A stretch of 64,000 nt of DNA, from the NCBI GenBank assembly GCA_951406725.2, contig OX597823.1:76260001-76324000 (forward strand). Direction: 5' to 3'. The stretch is from Octopus vulgaris. Its lineage: Eukaryota. Position 1 is the first letter of the stretch. Each line of letters opens with the position of its first letter. Positions 27,166 to 42,277 of this stretch are shown one piece after another. The notes under the pieces were generated by a model. That model was not told where the DNA came from. It ran no database searches and was given only the letters and a program-made list of their open reading frames with translations. The translations under genes and the position numbers were made by a program.

Positions 27166-27911
27166 AAGCGCAAAATATGCTACTGGCATACGATATAATC
27201 GACTTAATCCCTTTGAGATAGTCCTTCTGTCCCAAATGCAAGTCTTGTGGGTAGTAAGCAATAAGCAAAATATGCTACAGTCCTATTGTTTTGGCATACG
27301 ATGCTTAATCGGTTAATATTTGATGAGATAGTGTAACTTCTGTCCCAACTCTGATGCAGCAGTCTTGTGGCTTGCAGGTATTTGACCAAACAACTGAATG
27401 TCGCTCAACAGATCTATCGTTCTACATATCTGTTAAGTCCGTCAGAATATCAGGTGTTGTTCTCACTCCAACGTACAATGATAAAATGTAAGGGTTGCAG
27501 TGGGAATGGTTGCACGTATATTCTTCTCACTCTCCACTACTTTTGTAAGCTTGTTAGTTCTGGTAATAACTATAGCAGTTGTGGATAACAAAGATTTAAT
27601 AAGATGTTGCTGCTATAGTCTGATTCCATACGTTTCTTGAATGAGAGATGCGTTAAACATTGAAATCTAGTCAATCTTGTTGTCATCGACATCATCACTG
27701 CCACAGCCACCACCACCACCATCAACAACAACAACCCCATTCCAATTCATTGGTCACAATTCCAATTCGCTGCATCTCATGGTTTCTTCAATTCAAAATG
27801 CTTTACCTGTACATTGTTAGATATTGAGAATACTTAGAAGGTCATCTGCAGTAGTCCGGTATTTTATGAAAAGATCGGAATTTTTTTCTCTTCTACATTG
27901 CATTAATAAGA

Positions 27912-28168
27912 TAAAATAAATGCGCCCTTTTAAAACCTAGCCAGGATCATGGGCCCGGTGTCCCGGTTTCTATGGCGTTTTGTGTTCCCCAGCTGGACGG
28001 GACGCCTGTTCATCACAGCGTTACTCATTTTTGCCAGCTGAGTGGACCTGAACAATGTGAAATAAAGTGTTTTGCTCAAGAACACAACGGGTCGCCTGGT
28101 CTAGCAATCGAAACCACAATCTTACGATCATGAGGTTGATACCCTAACCACTAGGCCACGCGCCTCCA
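27912..28168 (-). mobile_element. SINE family D (Meta-like domain)
   Basis: ggaggcgcgtggcctagtgg head; TSD ctacattg(c/t)attaa. Confidence 0.88.
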
Positions 28169-28643
28169 ACTACATTGTATTAAAAACCCAGAATTAAATG
28201 CTAACTAACGGCTAAGGAAGTGTTAAATTTCACAATCTCAGGATTATGTAAAATATTGCTTTTTATACAATGCAGCGTAGAACAATAATGCTGCTCAGTC
28301 ATAGTAATTCAGGTAATTTAAATGGCAAATATCCTAGATAGGATGCTAATCTATGAGAGATTTTTTTCTTGTAACTGCAATTGGTCCCATTATAGGAAAA
28401 CTTATATGTGGAATTTAAATGTACATAGATAAATCATATATCCATGAAGTACTTACTTTGAAGCATGATCGAGAATAACTTTTTTATATTTTGGATACAA
28501 CAAAGAAATTGATGAGTATATAAAAACTGTCCAGGTTCTTCATACAGCGAAGTAAATTAGAATGCTATGGATCTATCTATGCCAATTTAAAGGTGGAATT
28601 ATCTTCGTAAATCTTAATAATCGATATGCAACTGAACATCTAA

Positions 28644-28857
28644 AATAAATAAATGCGCCCTTTTAAAGCCTATCCAGGCTCATAGGCCCCGGTTTCCCGG
28701 TTTCAATGGCGCATGTGTCCCCCAGCTGAGTGAACTGGCGCAACGTGAAGTGAAGTGTTTTGCTCAAGAACACAACGCGTAGCCCGGTCCTGGAATGGAA
28801 ACCACAATCTTACGATCATGGTTCTGACACCCTAACGACTAAGTCACGCACATCCAC
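28644..28857 (-). mobile_element. SINE family D with internal deletion
   Basis: TSD aactgaacatctaa; the deletion falls at cagctg repeats. Confidence 0.88.
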
Positions 28858-29024
28858 AAACTGAACATCTAAGCATAACCTATATGAATATAACAAGAAA
28901 CTACAGCAAAGCTTTCTGAACTTTTGAAAGGGTTTGACATGTTATGTCTTCGTGGCGTTTGAATATCTCGTTGTCAATAATGTTATGACGACAAATGTGT
29001 AGGAATAGTATAAACCTAACACAA

Positions 29025-29762
29025 GGCGGTGAGCTGGCAGAATCATTAGCCCGCCGGGCGAAATGCTTAGAGGTATTTCGTCTGCCACTACGTTCTGAGT
29101 TCAAATTCCGCCGAGGTCGACTTTGCCTTTTATCCTTTCGGGGTCGATTAAATAAGTACCGGTTACGCACTGGGGTCGATAAAATCGACATAATCCGTTT
29201 GTCTGTCCTTGTTTGTCCTCTCTGTGTTTAGCCCCTTGTGTGTAGTAAAGAAATAGATATTAAACTAATACACTAATCTAATCCGAACGACCACCGCTGT
29301 CAACTGACCGCTACTGACTGCTGACTGTCATCTACCAGGTCACACAGTTTCTTTATTTTATTGAAATTTGTCAGTCCAAGTTTGGTCACGAAGGGATCCT
29401 CCCATAACAATAAGCTAACTTTAACTAAACACCGCAACAGTACAATGAAAAAAAGGATGTTTGACAAACAAAATACGTTTTATTTCTTCAACTATGATAG
29501 ACAAAATAAGAAGAGAAAGAGGAAATTAGCGAAAATATTGATTTCAACTTTTTTGCAGGTCACGAATTTCGGTGAATAAGTTGGGGGAGTTGTAAGTCGA
29601 TTACACTGACATCAGTGCTTGCCTGATATTTTATTTTATCGACCCCGAAAGGATGAAAGGCAACTTCGACCTCGGCGGAATTTGAATTCAGGAACGTAAG
29701 GACGGACGAAATGCTGCTAAGCACTTTGTTCTGCGTGCTAACAATTCTGCCAGATCGCCACC
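29025..29762. mobile_element. Two family A SINEs, 29025-29255 (+) and ~29550-29762 (-)
   Basis: Match the other copies; inverted pair ~300 bp apart. Confidence 0.85.
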
Positions 29763-30029
29763 TAGCAATGGCAAGTGATAATCCGTAAATGATGATGATG
29801 ATGATGATGATGATGATTGTCGCACTTAAGAGTCATGAATGAAGGTGTAAATGAGTTTCTTGAATAACAACTTTGGTAAACCCGATATTTATGAGATCGA
29901 GACAGTCGTCCTCAACACTTGGCTCACATTAAGGCTGAATTGTTTTCTTTTGTGTATCCTTTATATATATTTTGTGTATCCTTTACCTATATTTCTCTCT
30001 ATACACTAAAGAAGGAGGAATGGGGAGAG

Positions 30030-30222
30030 AGAGAAGAAGTAGAAGAAGGAGGAGAAGAGGAATTAGAAGTAAGAGGAGGATGAGGAGGGGGAAGATCAGG
30101 AGGAGGAGAAGAAGAAGAAGAAGAAGAAGAAGAAGAAGAAGAAGAAGAAGAAGAAGAAGAAGAAGAAGAAGAAGATGATGATGATGATGATAATGATGAT
30201 AATTAAGAAGAAGAAGAAGAAG
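30030..30222. repeat. (GAA)n/(GAT)n trinucleotide tract
   Basis: Directly visible. Confidence 0.95.
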
Positions 30223-31819
30223 AATCCTATCTCGATTTACAACAAGGGCTTCAAAACGTCCAGTGAAATACAAAGAAACGTTAACCAGGATTCTCAGAAA
30301 GTTGCGTGATAGGACGAAGAATTTAGACAAAGAAGAGGGAAAGGATGAACGACACCATACAATGTAAAATTGGACGAATAAAATTTTCTAATCACACAAA
30401 ATATTGATAAGAACAATTTTCTGTCAAAATTAGACTCAATATTTCAGCAAAATGCTCCACGTAAAAGAAAAATTTGGCTTTAAATAACTCAAGCAACAAG
30501 CATATTTTCGTTGTTTGCGCTTACAACCAAAGTGGGATGTGCATGTGTATTTTAGTGTTTGTTGTTGATACCGCATTTAATATCATCATTCTCTTCTCTA
30601 TGGGAGACAGAAGACGAATTAGTTTTGTGGGTTACAAAGCAGCTTTATATGTGTTAGTGCTGCGGAAAGTCATCCAGTACACTTTAAAAATAGTTTGTGA
30701 ATAAAGCAGAGACAACGCAGTGTTGAAACACTCTATGGAAATAAGAGCAATGCAATTTGATTTGCTGACTCAGAAAAAATTGCTTTCAAACTTTGGTGCA
30801 CGGCCAACCAGCAGGTTTGGGTGGGGCTAAGTCGATCTAAGTATTCAACTGGCACTTATTTTATCGACCCCAAAAGGATTAAAATCAAAGTCGACCTCGA
30901 CTGCATTTGAACCCAAAACGTAAAAACGGACAAAATGTATCTAGGCATTTTTGCTAACTCACATATTCTGTCTCATATTTCTCTAGGACCAATAATGTCA
31001 ATGATTTGTTCTTCTTATAATTCCTTTAGGCTTTCTGTGCAGAAATCTTTCATTGCAGGTTGTTCATTATATACATTATCGTAGTGAACATAATTATAAA
31101 TACCATCGGCATTGCCATCACCGCCACCATCGTACCGAGAGAAAGACTACCTCTGTAGCTATGTTGCCCCCACCCCAAAACAAATTCACCCACTACACCC
31201 TCTGTAAAGTAGTTGGTGTCATGAGGTCATTCTTCCGTAGAAAACTTGCCAAGATTTAGATGTTGTGGGGAAAAAGTATTCCTCCACCCCGTCGGATTCT
31301 ATCGAATTAAACAACCTACACCAGCATAGAAAACAGACCCAAAACGATGACGATGAGGATGATGATGGTGATGACGATGGCGGGTGGTGATGGTGATGGT
31401 GATGACGAGGATGATAACTGTGATGAGAACGATGATGGAGATGATGTATATGATAAACAACCTGCAATCGAAAAGTGTAAGATTTAATCGATGCTGTATA
31501 AACGTGTAAATAATCACACTGACACATGTAAACACGTGTTTTTTTTTATGTATTTATATATTCTTTTTTCTGCAGACAGAAAAAAATATGAATGTATGAA
31601 ACAGGTAAAAAAAAATGATGTGTTTACATAAGTTAGTGTAATTATTTTCATATTCTTGAAGCTTCGAGTGAATCTTACTCTATTTGAGTACAGGTATATG
31701 TTTATCAAAATATTTCTGTTACTTTTTTTTACAGTTTAATATACATCTATATATAGTATGTATACTTATCTATAAAGATATACTGTGCGACACCTTATTT
31801 ATGTTTATATATATGCATG

Positions 31820-31897
<78 letters not shown>

Positions 31898-31907
31898 TAT
31901 ATGTATA

Positions 31908-32125
31908 TACGGAGAATTCACAAAAAAACAAACGAAGTCAGGTGGTGTAGACCACAAATAGATGTATTAGTATAACGCTCGGGAAGGGAAAACTCTTTAA
32001 CGTTTCGAGCCTAAGCTCTTCTACACAAAGGAACAGAGAAAGGAACAAGGAGAGAAAATTAAGAATGTGTAGTACAAAAAATGTTTAGAAAGTATTAAAA
32101 AAATGTTGAGAAAGTGTAAAAAAAA
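31908..32125 (-). mobile_element. Solo PLE 3' end / pseudo-LTR with HHR-like motif (31993-32031)
   Basis: Homologous to 14590-14760; gtgtagaaGAGCttagGCTCGAAACGTTA. Confidence 0.75.
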
Positions 32126-33979
32126 TGCATGTCTGTATGTATGTATGTATGTATGTATATATATATATATATATATATATTCACACACACATACATATAT
32201 ATATATATACACATACACACATACACACACACACACATATACATATATATATATACAAAACACACGAGTATGTTTATGGTAAGAATGTAAGACCTAGGCC
32301 TACATTATTCAAAGTGTAAAAGATGTGAGTAAATGCCTTATTGTTCAGAAGCGGTGGCAATAATTCTTGAGCCAACCACAAGACTGAGATAGTTCGAAAA
32401 AAGTGATTTTCACGTGTGTCAACCATTTTGTAATGTAGGCTCAAGTCAGAAACTGTAAACACAAATATCTAAACAAAACGCCATGTTTTGAGTACACTTT
32501 TTTCCATATTTATACTTATCTCTCCATTTATATGAGTATATTTATGCTTTATTTTTACATAGACACACATACAAATAGATACACACTTCGACTGACAATA
32601 TCAACTAAAAACACTGCAATCCCTATGCTATATGTTAAATAACTACTACTAAAAACAGATTTATTAATATAGAATGAGATGGCATGCATTTTCGCTCATA
32701 TTTTTTTTCAAAATTCAAATGGCAAAATTGCATCTGACAAGTTGGATTTCTAAATCCCGACCTCAACATTTTCGATATGAATTACTTGAAGTAATGCACT
32801 TAAAACTTCAATATCGAATCAAATGTGACTAGCATGGGTTTAGTGAAAGCATAAGAAATATTTGAAATCTCCGGACATCTATGCTCACTCTCATAAGACA
32901 GGGTATCTGTAACAGCTAAACAGTTCCCTATATATTCATATCTAGCATAACGATATCACTAAGAACTTCAGAACCCTTATGCCATAAAGTCAATTAATGT
33001 GGAACGCACAATAATGTACGAATTTTGTGAATGTGACAGAAAGGAACTTTTGAAGACAAGACCTATTTCCTGACGCTGACAAAAAGTTATTTCTCGCCGT
33101 AAACCTTTAATACAACTCTTTAACCCAAAGGCTTGAGATATTGATAGTTTCGCATTTCTAAAAAGATCATCTCAACAGTATTGAATGCTGCTTTATTAGC
33201 ACCATAGAAAACTTCTGCCTCTGTTTTAATAACTGATTTAATCACTCTCCGAAAAATAAATAAGGGACAGATGACGAACGGTTTGAAATTTGGTTTGGAA
33301 AACTATAATGCTTCATTATATCACTTTTGTTAATCTAAGCTATACTTTACATTAAAATTTCTTCTGATATTAAGGATTTAGAGGTAGATGATATTTACCT
33401 GTTAAAAAAGATTTAACTTGTACGATAATTTCCTTTGATTACGGAAGTAATCTGGAAATCATTTCTATATCAGAATCACAAGTTGCAGAACATAGTAGTG
33501 GGTATTGATTTGTAGCAACTTTCCAAGGTAAAACAAGATCTCTGAACTGCAGGTTCTAAATATATTAAGTAAATGATTTCTTTGTATTGATGAATTGTAA
33601 TTCGTTGACCAGATATTATGATCAAGAAAAGAGAACCCTATACTACTTTTTAAAAGGATACGGTTTTCTTTTACTATCATGCTAGCAGCTAAGAATAAGT
33701 TTTAGAAAATTATTCTTAATCATTCAACGGATCTCTATTGTACTTAATACGAGACTAATAAAACTCGAAACTACATTAACAGGTATTCCAAACGTCCTAG
33801 CAATATTAGAAGAAATCTATCTTGAAACATTTCGTTGAATCTTTCGCGAAAGATTTTGCAAATGTAATTTATAAGTACCATTCGAAATATCATGATAGTT
33901 TAGCTGAGAGTAGATTTAAGTATAATATATTTTCTTTCGGATTTATTGTTGCTTAATTGCAACATGATCTAAGAATGAG

Positions 33980-34420
33980 TTTTTACTAGCTGAGTGTCTT
34001 CTTCGATGGTTGGCTGATCCAGTATCGTCGTTATGAATTTATCCAATGTTCTTTCGACCGTTTCAGTAAAGGTCCCTTTCATATTTCTGATTTCTTTAGG
34101 TAGATAGGTAGTTGAACAATTGAGGACCTCTAAATATCAGACTGGTACAACGGATTGTTTCTGTTCGTGATTACGAAGGTGATATATTTGGAATCTGAAA
34201 GTGTCTATCAGTTAGTGCATCAAAATTCTCTTTAATGCTGAAGTTGGAACATGCCACTCCAAGATTTTCGGTAGACAGAGATACCATTAAGAACAAACAA
34301 AAATGTATTATGGTGTTTAAACCACTCTTCAATATGGAGGTTGCCATACATCTTGGTACAGCATAGATACCACAAAATGATAAACAATGAAACGGTGGAA
34401 TTATCATATTCCACTACGCC
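33980..34420 (-). mobile_element. Decayed CR1-group LINE 3' fragment
   Basis: FRGPQLFN../PKEIRNMKG..LDKFITTILDQP resembles GPRLFNSLP.EIRN..LDKFL..PDQP. Confidence 0.7.
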
Positions 34421-35687
34421 GAATTTGACTATACATTTCGTGAGTTTTGTATAACTAAGATAGTTAATAACAATAGCAAAATTAATACATTTAATAGTTC
34501 AGATATTAATTACAAATGTATTAATGCGAGTATTTGCCTATGGGAAATAATTGTTTAGTTAGGGTAATAATGCATGAGTAATTTGATTATATTAAGAGAT
34601 ATATATAGGATTAACTGCCAATTCACAAGACAGTCATCACAGCAGGCATAATTACAAATTTCTTAATGAAGCAAGAATAAATATGGCTGCATTGTAAGGT
34701 TATGGCTGGGAGCTTAAGAAATCCAGTATCTCTTATGATTTGGATTGTAGCATTGCAGTGATGACTAAAGGCTACAAGGGGGAAATACTTTGTGTACCAT
34801 AAAGGCAATAAATGTGCTATTCGCTAATAATAAACTTAAAAGTAAATGCGAAAACAATAGACTCCTATAAGCACAATTACTTAAAACATTCTTGCGCTAC
34901 TTTCCGAATATCGGAGATTAATTTAGTGTATGTGTGTTGGGGTGTAGAACTATTTATTTTTTTTAAAAAAGCTTTTAATCTTTCGTTATAGTCATTATTA
35001 GATGTTTAGCTGGTTCGTACTGGTTCAGTTACCGCATATTGGGCGGTTAATTGACTGAAGTAATAGCTTGGAGGGTCACAGAAAACATGTGCGTCAGGAT
35101 ATACGAATATTGAAATGCAAATATATATATGAACATTCATAGTAGTATGTGTATGTGTATAAATGAATGTAGTGTGTGTGTGTGTGTATGTGTGTGTGTA
35201 TACTGATGTATGTAACAAAAAGTTTATGAATAACTGCCTTCATAAGAAGAATAAGTATGTTTTGATAAAGCGTATACGCAAATAATTACGTATATTTACA
35301 TTATGTAAAAAATGTGTTTCGCATTATATATGTACATAATTAAAAACTATATGCGATCTGGCAAGGCTGTATCATAAAACGATTTAAACAGTTCCGCATA
35401 CTCTGACTCAGTTAAATTCCTAAGATTAACAATGCATATATGCATATATTTAAAACGTTCTTTGTGTGTAATTGTATAAATGTTTGAACATAAATTAGTA
35501 TATGAATACAAGTTGCATAACAGCGTACAAAATTTAAATGTTTGTTATAATAGTGTGTTAACAAACAGGATATAGATGGATGGGGCTTTTTTATTCGACG
35601 GTGAGGATTTAGAACTCCAAAGAAGTGAATTACCTACTAACTGAACTCACTATTAAGAGGATGGATATTCTACAGGTGGCGATCTAT

Positions 35688-35885
35688 AGGTGGCGAACTA
35701 GCAGAAACGTTAGCACATAGGGCGAGATGCTTTTTGGTATTTCGTCTGTCTTTACGTTCAGAGTTCAAATTCCGCCGAGGCCGAATAAGTACCAGTTACG
35801 CACTGGGGTCGATATAATCGACTTAATCCGTTTGTCTGTCCTTGTTTGTCCTGTGTTTAGCCCCTTGTGGGTGGTAAAGAAATAA
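35688..35885 (+). mobile_element. Family A SINE with core deletion
   Basis: ccgccgagg joined almost directly to aataagtaccag. Confidence 0.85.
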
Positions 35886-36030
35886 GATATATAATTACCA
35901 TTAATGCAATTCACCGGAGGAAACATTGACATGACACACAGAGTCTGACAACGCTGTATTTTCAATTGTTTGTACAATTTATTTCAAAGACGTCTACATA
36001 GTTTCCGTTGACCCAATCGTCGGAGTATTT

Positions 36031-37022
36031 TTATCGATATTTACAATATAAATATCTCCTGTAAGTTTCCATGTCTTTTGCCTTTGGTGGACCAGGGCCG
36101 TGTTTACTGCAAAGCACGTAAGATGTGTAAATTTGGTCAGACACTTTATTCACGGGAGGTAACTCCACTTGGTAAACACTATCCAGCTTGAAGGCACTCA
36201 TTTCCCATAACTGATCAGTTATCTTTCTAGTATTTTTATCTTGAATTGATGGCGGTTTATACCAGTTATCTCCAAACTGGGCATACCTTTCATAGATACA
36301 CAATCCTTGTTTTGAAAGCTGATTCATGTTAAAATCACAAGCCTGCTTTGTAGTTGGGAAAAACATCTTTAAAAGAAATCTGTTTATTTCCTATTGTTTT
36401 ATTATCAGAGTTGGAATCATCAGAGAAGTCAACATCACTATCCACTTTATCACTCTCACTACTACTAAGACTGTCTTCACCTCTTCCTCCTGTTCCTCCT
36501 CCTCCTCCTCAAATACGACTACCTGCTTCACTACTTCCGCTGCTACCTCCAATTCCTCCTCCTCCTCCTCCACTCCCACTTCCAGTGAGATTGGGAGCAT
36601 TTGCAGATTCACTTTTTGTTACTTATCGATGCTTCAAGACCCTGGTCATCAATTGGTCGCTCTGGGTTGACACGAATGGAAAATGGACCGTAATATGTGG
36701 CATGTTTATAGAATGGGTGAGGGTCAAAGCAAATGGCTCTTCCGCTGATGTCAATTCATAAGGGTGATAATGTTCTGCAAATTCATCCACATACTCATCT
36801 GTTCTTCTGTTCACAGAAACACGTAATTGGTCGTTTAATCCCTTTTCCTCTTCATCTAGTGGTAAAGGTTGATGGTATGGCACATTAGGATCCCACCACA
36901 GACAGTAGCTCTTTCTTGAGAGCAACTTTATTCCAAAACAGTCAGGGTTGTGAAGATAGTAATCAGTTGAGAGTTCCCATAAATTTTGTGTTCTATTTTT
37001 GAAGTACGAGAAAACCCAAGGT
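36031..37022 (-). pseudogene. FIG4: Processed pseudogene of FIG4 (SAC3 polyphosphoinositide phosphatase), C-terminal third
   Basis: NLWELSTDYYLH..RKSYCLWW..YHPYELTS..IYERYAQFG..SAFKLDSVYQVELPPV..KDMETYRRYLYCKYR* is colinear with recalled human FIG4 LWELPTDFYLH..RRSYTYWW..FRPYELSS..IYSRFVQLG..SAFSQDNIYEVQPPRV..YREYIRNRYL; no introns, two in-frame stops, frameshift ~36358. Confidence 0.88.
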
Positions 37023-37149
37023 TAAAAAAGACTGTAGTTGGTTCGAACCCAGGAATACATATTAGCAATACAAACTTTAGTACTGCTGGATCTTTCTGCA
37101 CCAACAGGTTGAATGTATACATGCATATATACACACCACAAATATTAGT

Positions 37150-37570
<421 letters not shown>

Positions 37571-37572
37571 AT

Positions 37573-37604
<32 letters not shown>

Positions 37605-37608
<4 letters not shown>

Positions 37609-37742
37609 CTGTGCAGAGAACGCCACGAATGACCCGTCCATGTTTTTTTCTTGTCCTCCACTATTTGTTGTTTTTCCTGTCCGCCTTTGTATCGTCTATC
37701 TGTCCCCGGATATTTTATTGTCCTCTATTGCATTTTTGTTCC

Positions 37743-37819
<77 letters not shown>

Positions 37820-38335
37820 ATAACAATATACATATGCGTGTTCGTGTGTGCGTATGTGTGCATGTGTGTACGTGTGTACGTGTGTGTACGTGTGTGTGTC
37901 TGTGTGTGAGCACTGTGTGTGTGTGTGTGTGTGTGTGTAGAACGATAATAATACTACTGAATTTCTTCGAAAATATTTTAGTCATGTCATAACAATAATT
38001 GTTTATGACGTGAAGAAATACGATCGAGGGAAATATGTCATAACACATCTACATGAATTCACAAAGGATTAACTGGGATTCAAATAGTTTAACATACTAT
38101 ATTATGTTTTATGTGAGACGTATGATACAACTAAAGGAAATAAACGACTGGTTAATGCAATTTATATTAATTTAGTTCCAGTGATTTAACTTTATTAAAC
38201 AGAAATACTTTCGGAATATTCAAGATTATTTTCTGTCTTATTTATATTGAATACCACACATACACACACGCCCACACAAACACACACACAAACAAACACA
38301 CACACACAAACACACACACACATACACACACACAT

Positions 38336-38369
<34 letters not shown>

Positions 38370-38565
38370 CGAACCATCTCAAGTGCAACTGCCCGAAATA
38401 GTCGTGACTTCTGGAACTTGAATGAGGAAAGAAAGCCAAGAATGACCCGTCTATTTTTTCCTTTCCTTCTAATTCTTGTTTCTATTGTCCATCTTTGTAT
38501 CGTCTTTCTGTCCGAATATTTTAATGTCCTCTATTGCGTTTATGTTCCATTTTTATATTTATATA
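37605..38565 (+). mobile_element. Two related short TA-embedded element tails (37605-37747, 38370-38560), related to 47850-47975 (-); probably PLE 3' ends
   Basis: Shared gaatgacccgtc..tttgtatcgtct..tgtcctctattgc..tgttccattt. Confidence 0.6.
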
Positions 38566-39080
38566 TATATAGCGGCCTTATGCTCGCCTTATAGTAGGTA
38601 TGTATCTAAATTTTATACTATTTAAGCAATGTGTTTGTTTGTGAATGATTAATGGGTTGGATGGGTACTGATGAAGGAGCAAAAACTCTCGAAATATGGA
38701 TATACTCCCATTACTTATTTTTCATCTTCGATTTCATTGTTGTTTCAATCAGGCTTCTCGTATACGAAACATCGTTACAAGATCAGTGCTGGCTATAATT
38801 GCTATAGAATATCTGTAGTGAAAACGTTAAAGTGTGTGCGTGTGTGTGTGTTTATGTGTGTGTTTATGTGTGTTTGTGTGTGTGTGTGTTTGTGTATGTT
38901 TGTGTGAGTGTGTGTGCGTGTGTGAAATTATATATTATATATGTAACTTATTTCTCTTTGATAAGCTAGTAGAGAAGTGCGAAAAAATAAGATATTTTGA
39001 ATAAATTTGAATTCTATCACGCAATGCTGTAAATTACATTACACGCACTATGTATGTATGTATGTATGTATGTATGTATG

Positions 39081-39111
<31 letters not shown>

Positions 39112-39341
39112 GTGTGTATGTCATTGTTCAGTTTTATTTCAAGATTTCTTGACAATAGAGAAACTGTTTGTTTCTAACCAAGATCCAAGGCTCCTTCATT
39201 GGAATTTCAACATCCACAACCGGATATTTTGGTTCGTATGTATGTATATGAGCAGGTAGCAGGTTTCTAACCTAGATCCATGGCTCCACCATTGGAATTT
39301 AAACGTCAACAACAGGGTATTTTTGTTTGTTTGTATGTATG

Positions 39342-39375
<34 letters not shown>

Positions 39376-39463
39376 TGTATGTATGTATGTATGTATGTAT
39401 GTATGCATGTATGTATGTATGTATGTATGTATGTATGTATGTATGTATGTATGTATGTATGAT

Positions 39464-39865
39464 AGGCGCAGGAGTGGCTGTGTGGTAAGTAGCTTGCTAA
39501 CCAACCACATGGTTCCGGGTTCAGTCCCACTGCGTGGCATCTTGGGCAAGTGTCTTCTGCTATAGCCCCGGGCCGACCAATGCCTTGTGAGTGGATTTGG
39601 TAGACGGAAACTGAAAGAAGCCTGTCGTATATATGTATAATATATATATATATATATATGTATCTGTGTTTGTCCCCCTAGCATTGCTTGACAACCGATG
39701 CTGGTGTGTTTACGTCCCCGTTACTTAGCGGTTCGGCAAAAGAACCGATAGAATAAGTACTGAACTTACAAAGAATAAGTCCCGGGGTCAAATTGCTCGA
39801 CTAAAGGCGGTGCTCCAGCATGGTCGCAGTCAAATGACTGAAACAAGTAAAAGAGCAAAAGAGAG
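39464..39865 (+). mobile_element. SINE family B, full length, in a TATG tract
   Basis: Very similar to 9082-9500. Confidence 0.92.
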
Positions 39866-39935
39866 TATGTATGTATGTATGTATGTATGTATGTATGTAT
39901 GTATGCATGAATGTATGTATGTCTGTATGTATGAA

Positions 39936-39994
<59 letters not shown>

Positions 39995-40059
39995 ACAGAT
40001 TTGTATGTTTTGCTTTATTTATGTACTCTCATGCATATAGTTGCATATCTAGACATGCT

Positions 40060-40830
40060 CATATATACTTAAATGATAAACTTCTGAAAAGTGTTTACAA
40101 ATTTTTACAGTTGCAGAGATGGATTGGATCTGCAGTCTTCGAATTAGCTTTCTTGGTTTTGAGAAGCCTAATTTCACAAGATTCGTATTTAGGCAGTGTG
40201 TTACGTATTCCAGAACTCGATAATTACTGGTATAAACCTAAACTTGTAATCTGGATAGAGTGACTGCAGATTTGTCAATAGCTCAGCGTAGGTGTTCTCT
40301 TTTTCACTGATCGTCAGCTTTATGTTAACATCCGCAGGGCAGCTAATTTCCACAACTGTTCACAGTTTCTCTTCTCTATCCCAAATCATTATATCATGTC
40401 TGTTGTGCTTACATTTTATTGAGGTCTTCATTGAGACATTCCATCTGTACTCCTTTTTATTATGGGCGGCCTTGGTTTCTATCATACTGTGAGTTCTTAT
40501 TTCTTTGTCTTCGGGGTTATCCTTCCGATGGATTTCATTATAGAGTGTCCTAGCTACAACATCATGTCTCATCGGTAGATAAACCGTGATGACATTTTCG
40601 GAAAACTGCTAATGATGTGGATATCTTAGGTGTAAATGTCACAAATTCTGCAATTGTTGTCACATTTTACTGCTTTTCTTGCATCTCTATAACTTTTGAG
40701 TATCAGGTACTTGACTGACATTTCCTATTCCTGGATTGCAAATGCATACCCTTCAAAGTGGGAGTTCGTAATCCAGCTATTGGTCCATAACAGATTGCTT
40801 TGATGATCAATGTTACTATCATCTCGTGCG
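40060..40830 (-). mobile_element. R4/Dong-like (restriction-like endonuclease) LINE 3' fragment, decayed
   Basis: FEGYAFAIQE, RHDVVA, KHNRHDIMIWDR..VVEISCPAD. Confidence 0.8.
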
Positions 40831-41216
40831 ACTTCTTTGGGCATGTATTCTAGGTTATCAAACAAAGAACGTTGCTCAAGAAGCTGCCTTCGAAGTCTAT
40901 GATGCTATCAGTCTCATGTATGTAATACATATATGTATGTATATATGTATGAGCGTTTATGCATGTATGTATATATGTATCTGTGTGTATGTATGTATGT
41001 TTGTATGTATGTAAGTATGTATGTATATACTCCGTTATTGCATGTGTGCTTGCATAGCAAGCACACATGCAACAACGGAGGAACTCGGCCTGATCGTCGC
41101 GCTAAATTTGGGTCCATCATTAGATAGGGGTAAAACACAACCTGTTAAATGGTAAACCTGCCTAGGAATGTTAAAAGTTAGCATACATACATACAAACAT
41201 ATATATGCATATACAT

Positions 41217-41292
<76 letters not shown>

Positions 41293-41427
41293 AAAGGTAG
41301 TAAAATAGAGGGAGAGAGGGTAAGAGAAAGAAAGTGTTTGGGAAAACAGGTAGACATATATAGACGTATATGATTACATGTAGACAGGCATACCTATATA
41401 TATACATTTATAAGTACATACACGAAG

Positions 41428-41478
<51 letters not shown>

Positions 41479-41504
41479 CATACATACATACATACATACA
41501 TACA

Positions 41505-41540
<36 letters not shown>

Positions 41541-41554
41541 TATACATACATATA

Positions 41555-41611
<57 letters not shown>

Positions 41612-42199
41612 TCTAAAGTCGAGAGTCCGATTCATAGACCATAATACATGAATATTTTACAAACATTAATTTACATGTGAACCTTTTAAAGAATAAATTA
41701 CATCACACTTTTCCATGGTAACTGAAACCGAACACTAACTTTGCTTCGAAAACATCAGTTTTCAATAAGGAGTAAGGAATTTTAATCATTATTTTATTCC
41801 TATATATTGTCTATATAATGTTGCCTAAGAGAAATTAATGAGAAAGTATGTGTGCATGTGTCTGTGCGTGTTGTATATGCGTTTATATATGACAGAGAAA
41901 GAATTATGTACGGTGGATGAAAGAGGGAGGAGAAGAGGGTAGTACTTCATAAAAACTACCAGTCTTTCAAAAGTTTCTTTTCTTGAATCCTTTTCATTCT
42001 TCTCCTGGCGTCCTTGGAATAGAGTCTCTTCGCTTCATGTATTATTCAAAGCTTATTTTGCATTTTTGTGAGAAAAGTTGGAAGACTGGAGACGTTATTT
42101 TAACACTATCACACGAATGTTGACGCATGTATAGGTATATATACGTGGTGTCAGTATATGTATATATGTATTTGTAGGTGATTTTGTACACACGTATGC

Positions 42200-42277
<78 letters not shown>

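Noticed and set aside
29972-30330. Poly-Arg and poly-Leu ORFs (protamine-like appearance)
   Set aside because: Products of the (GAA)n tract.
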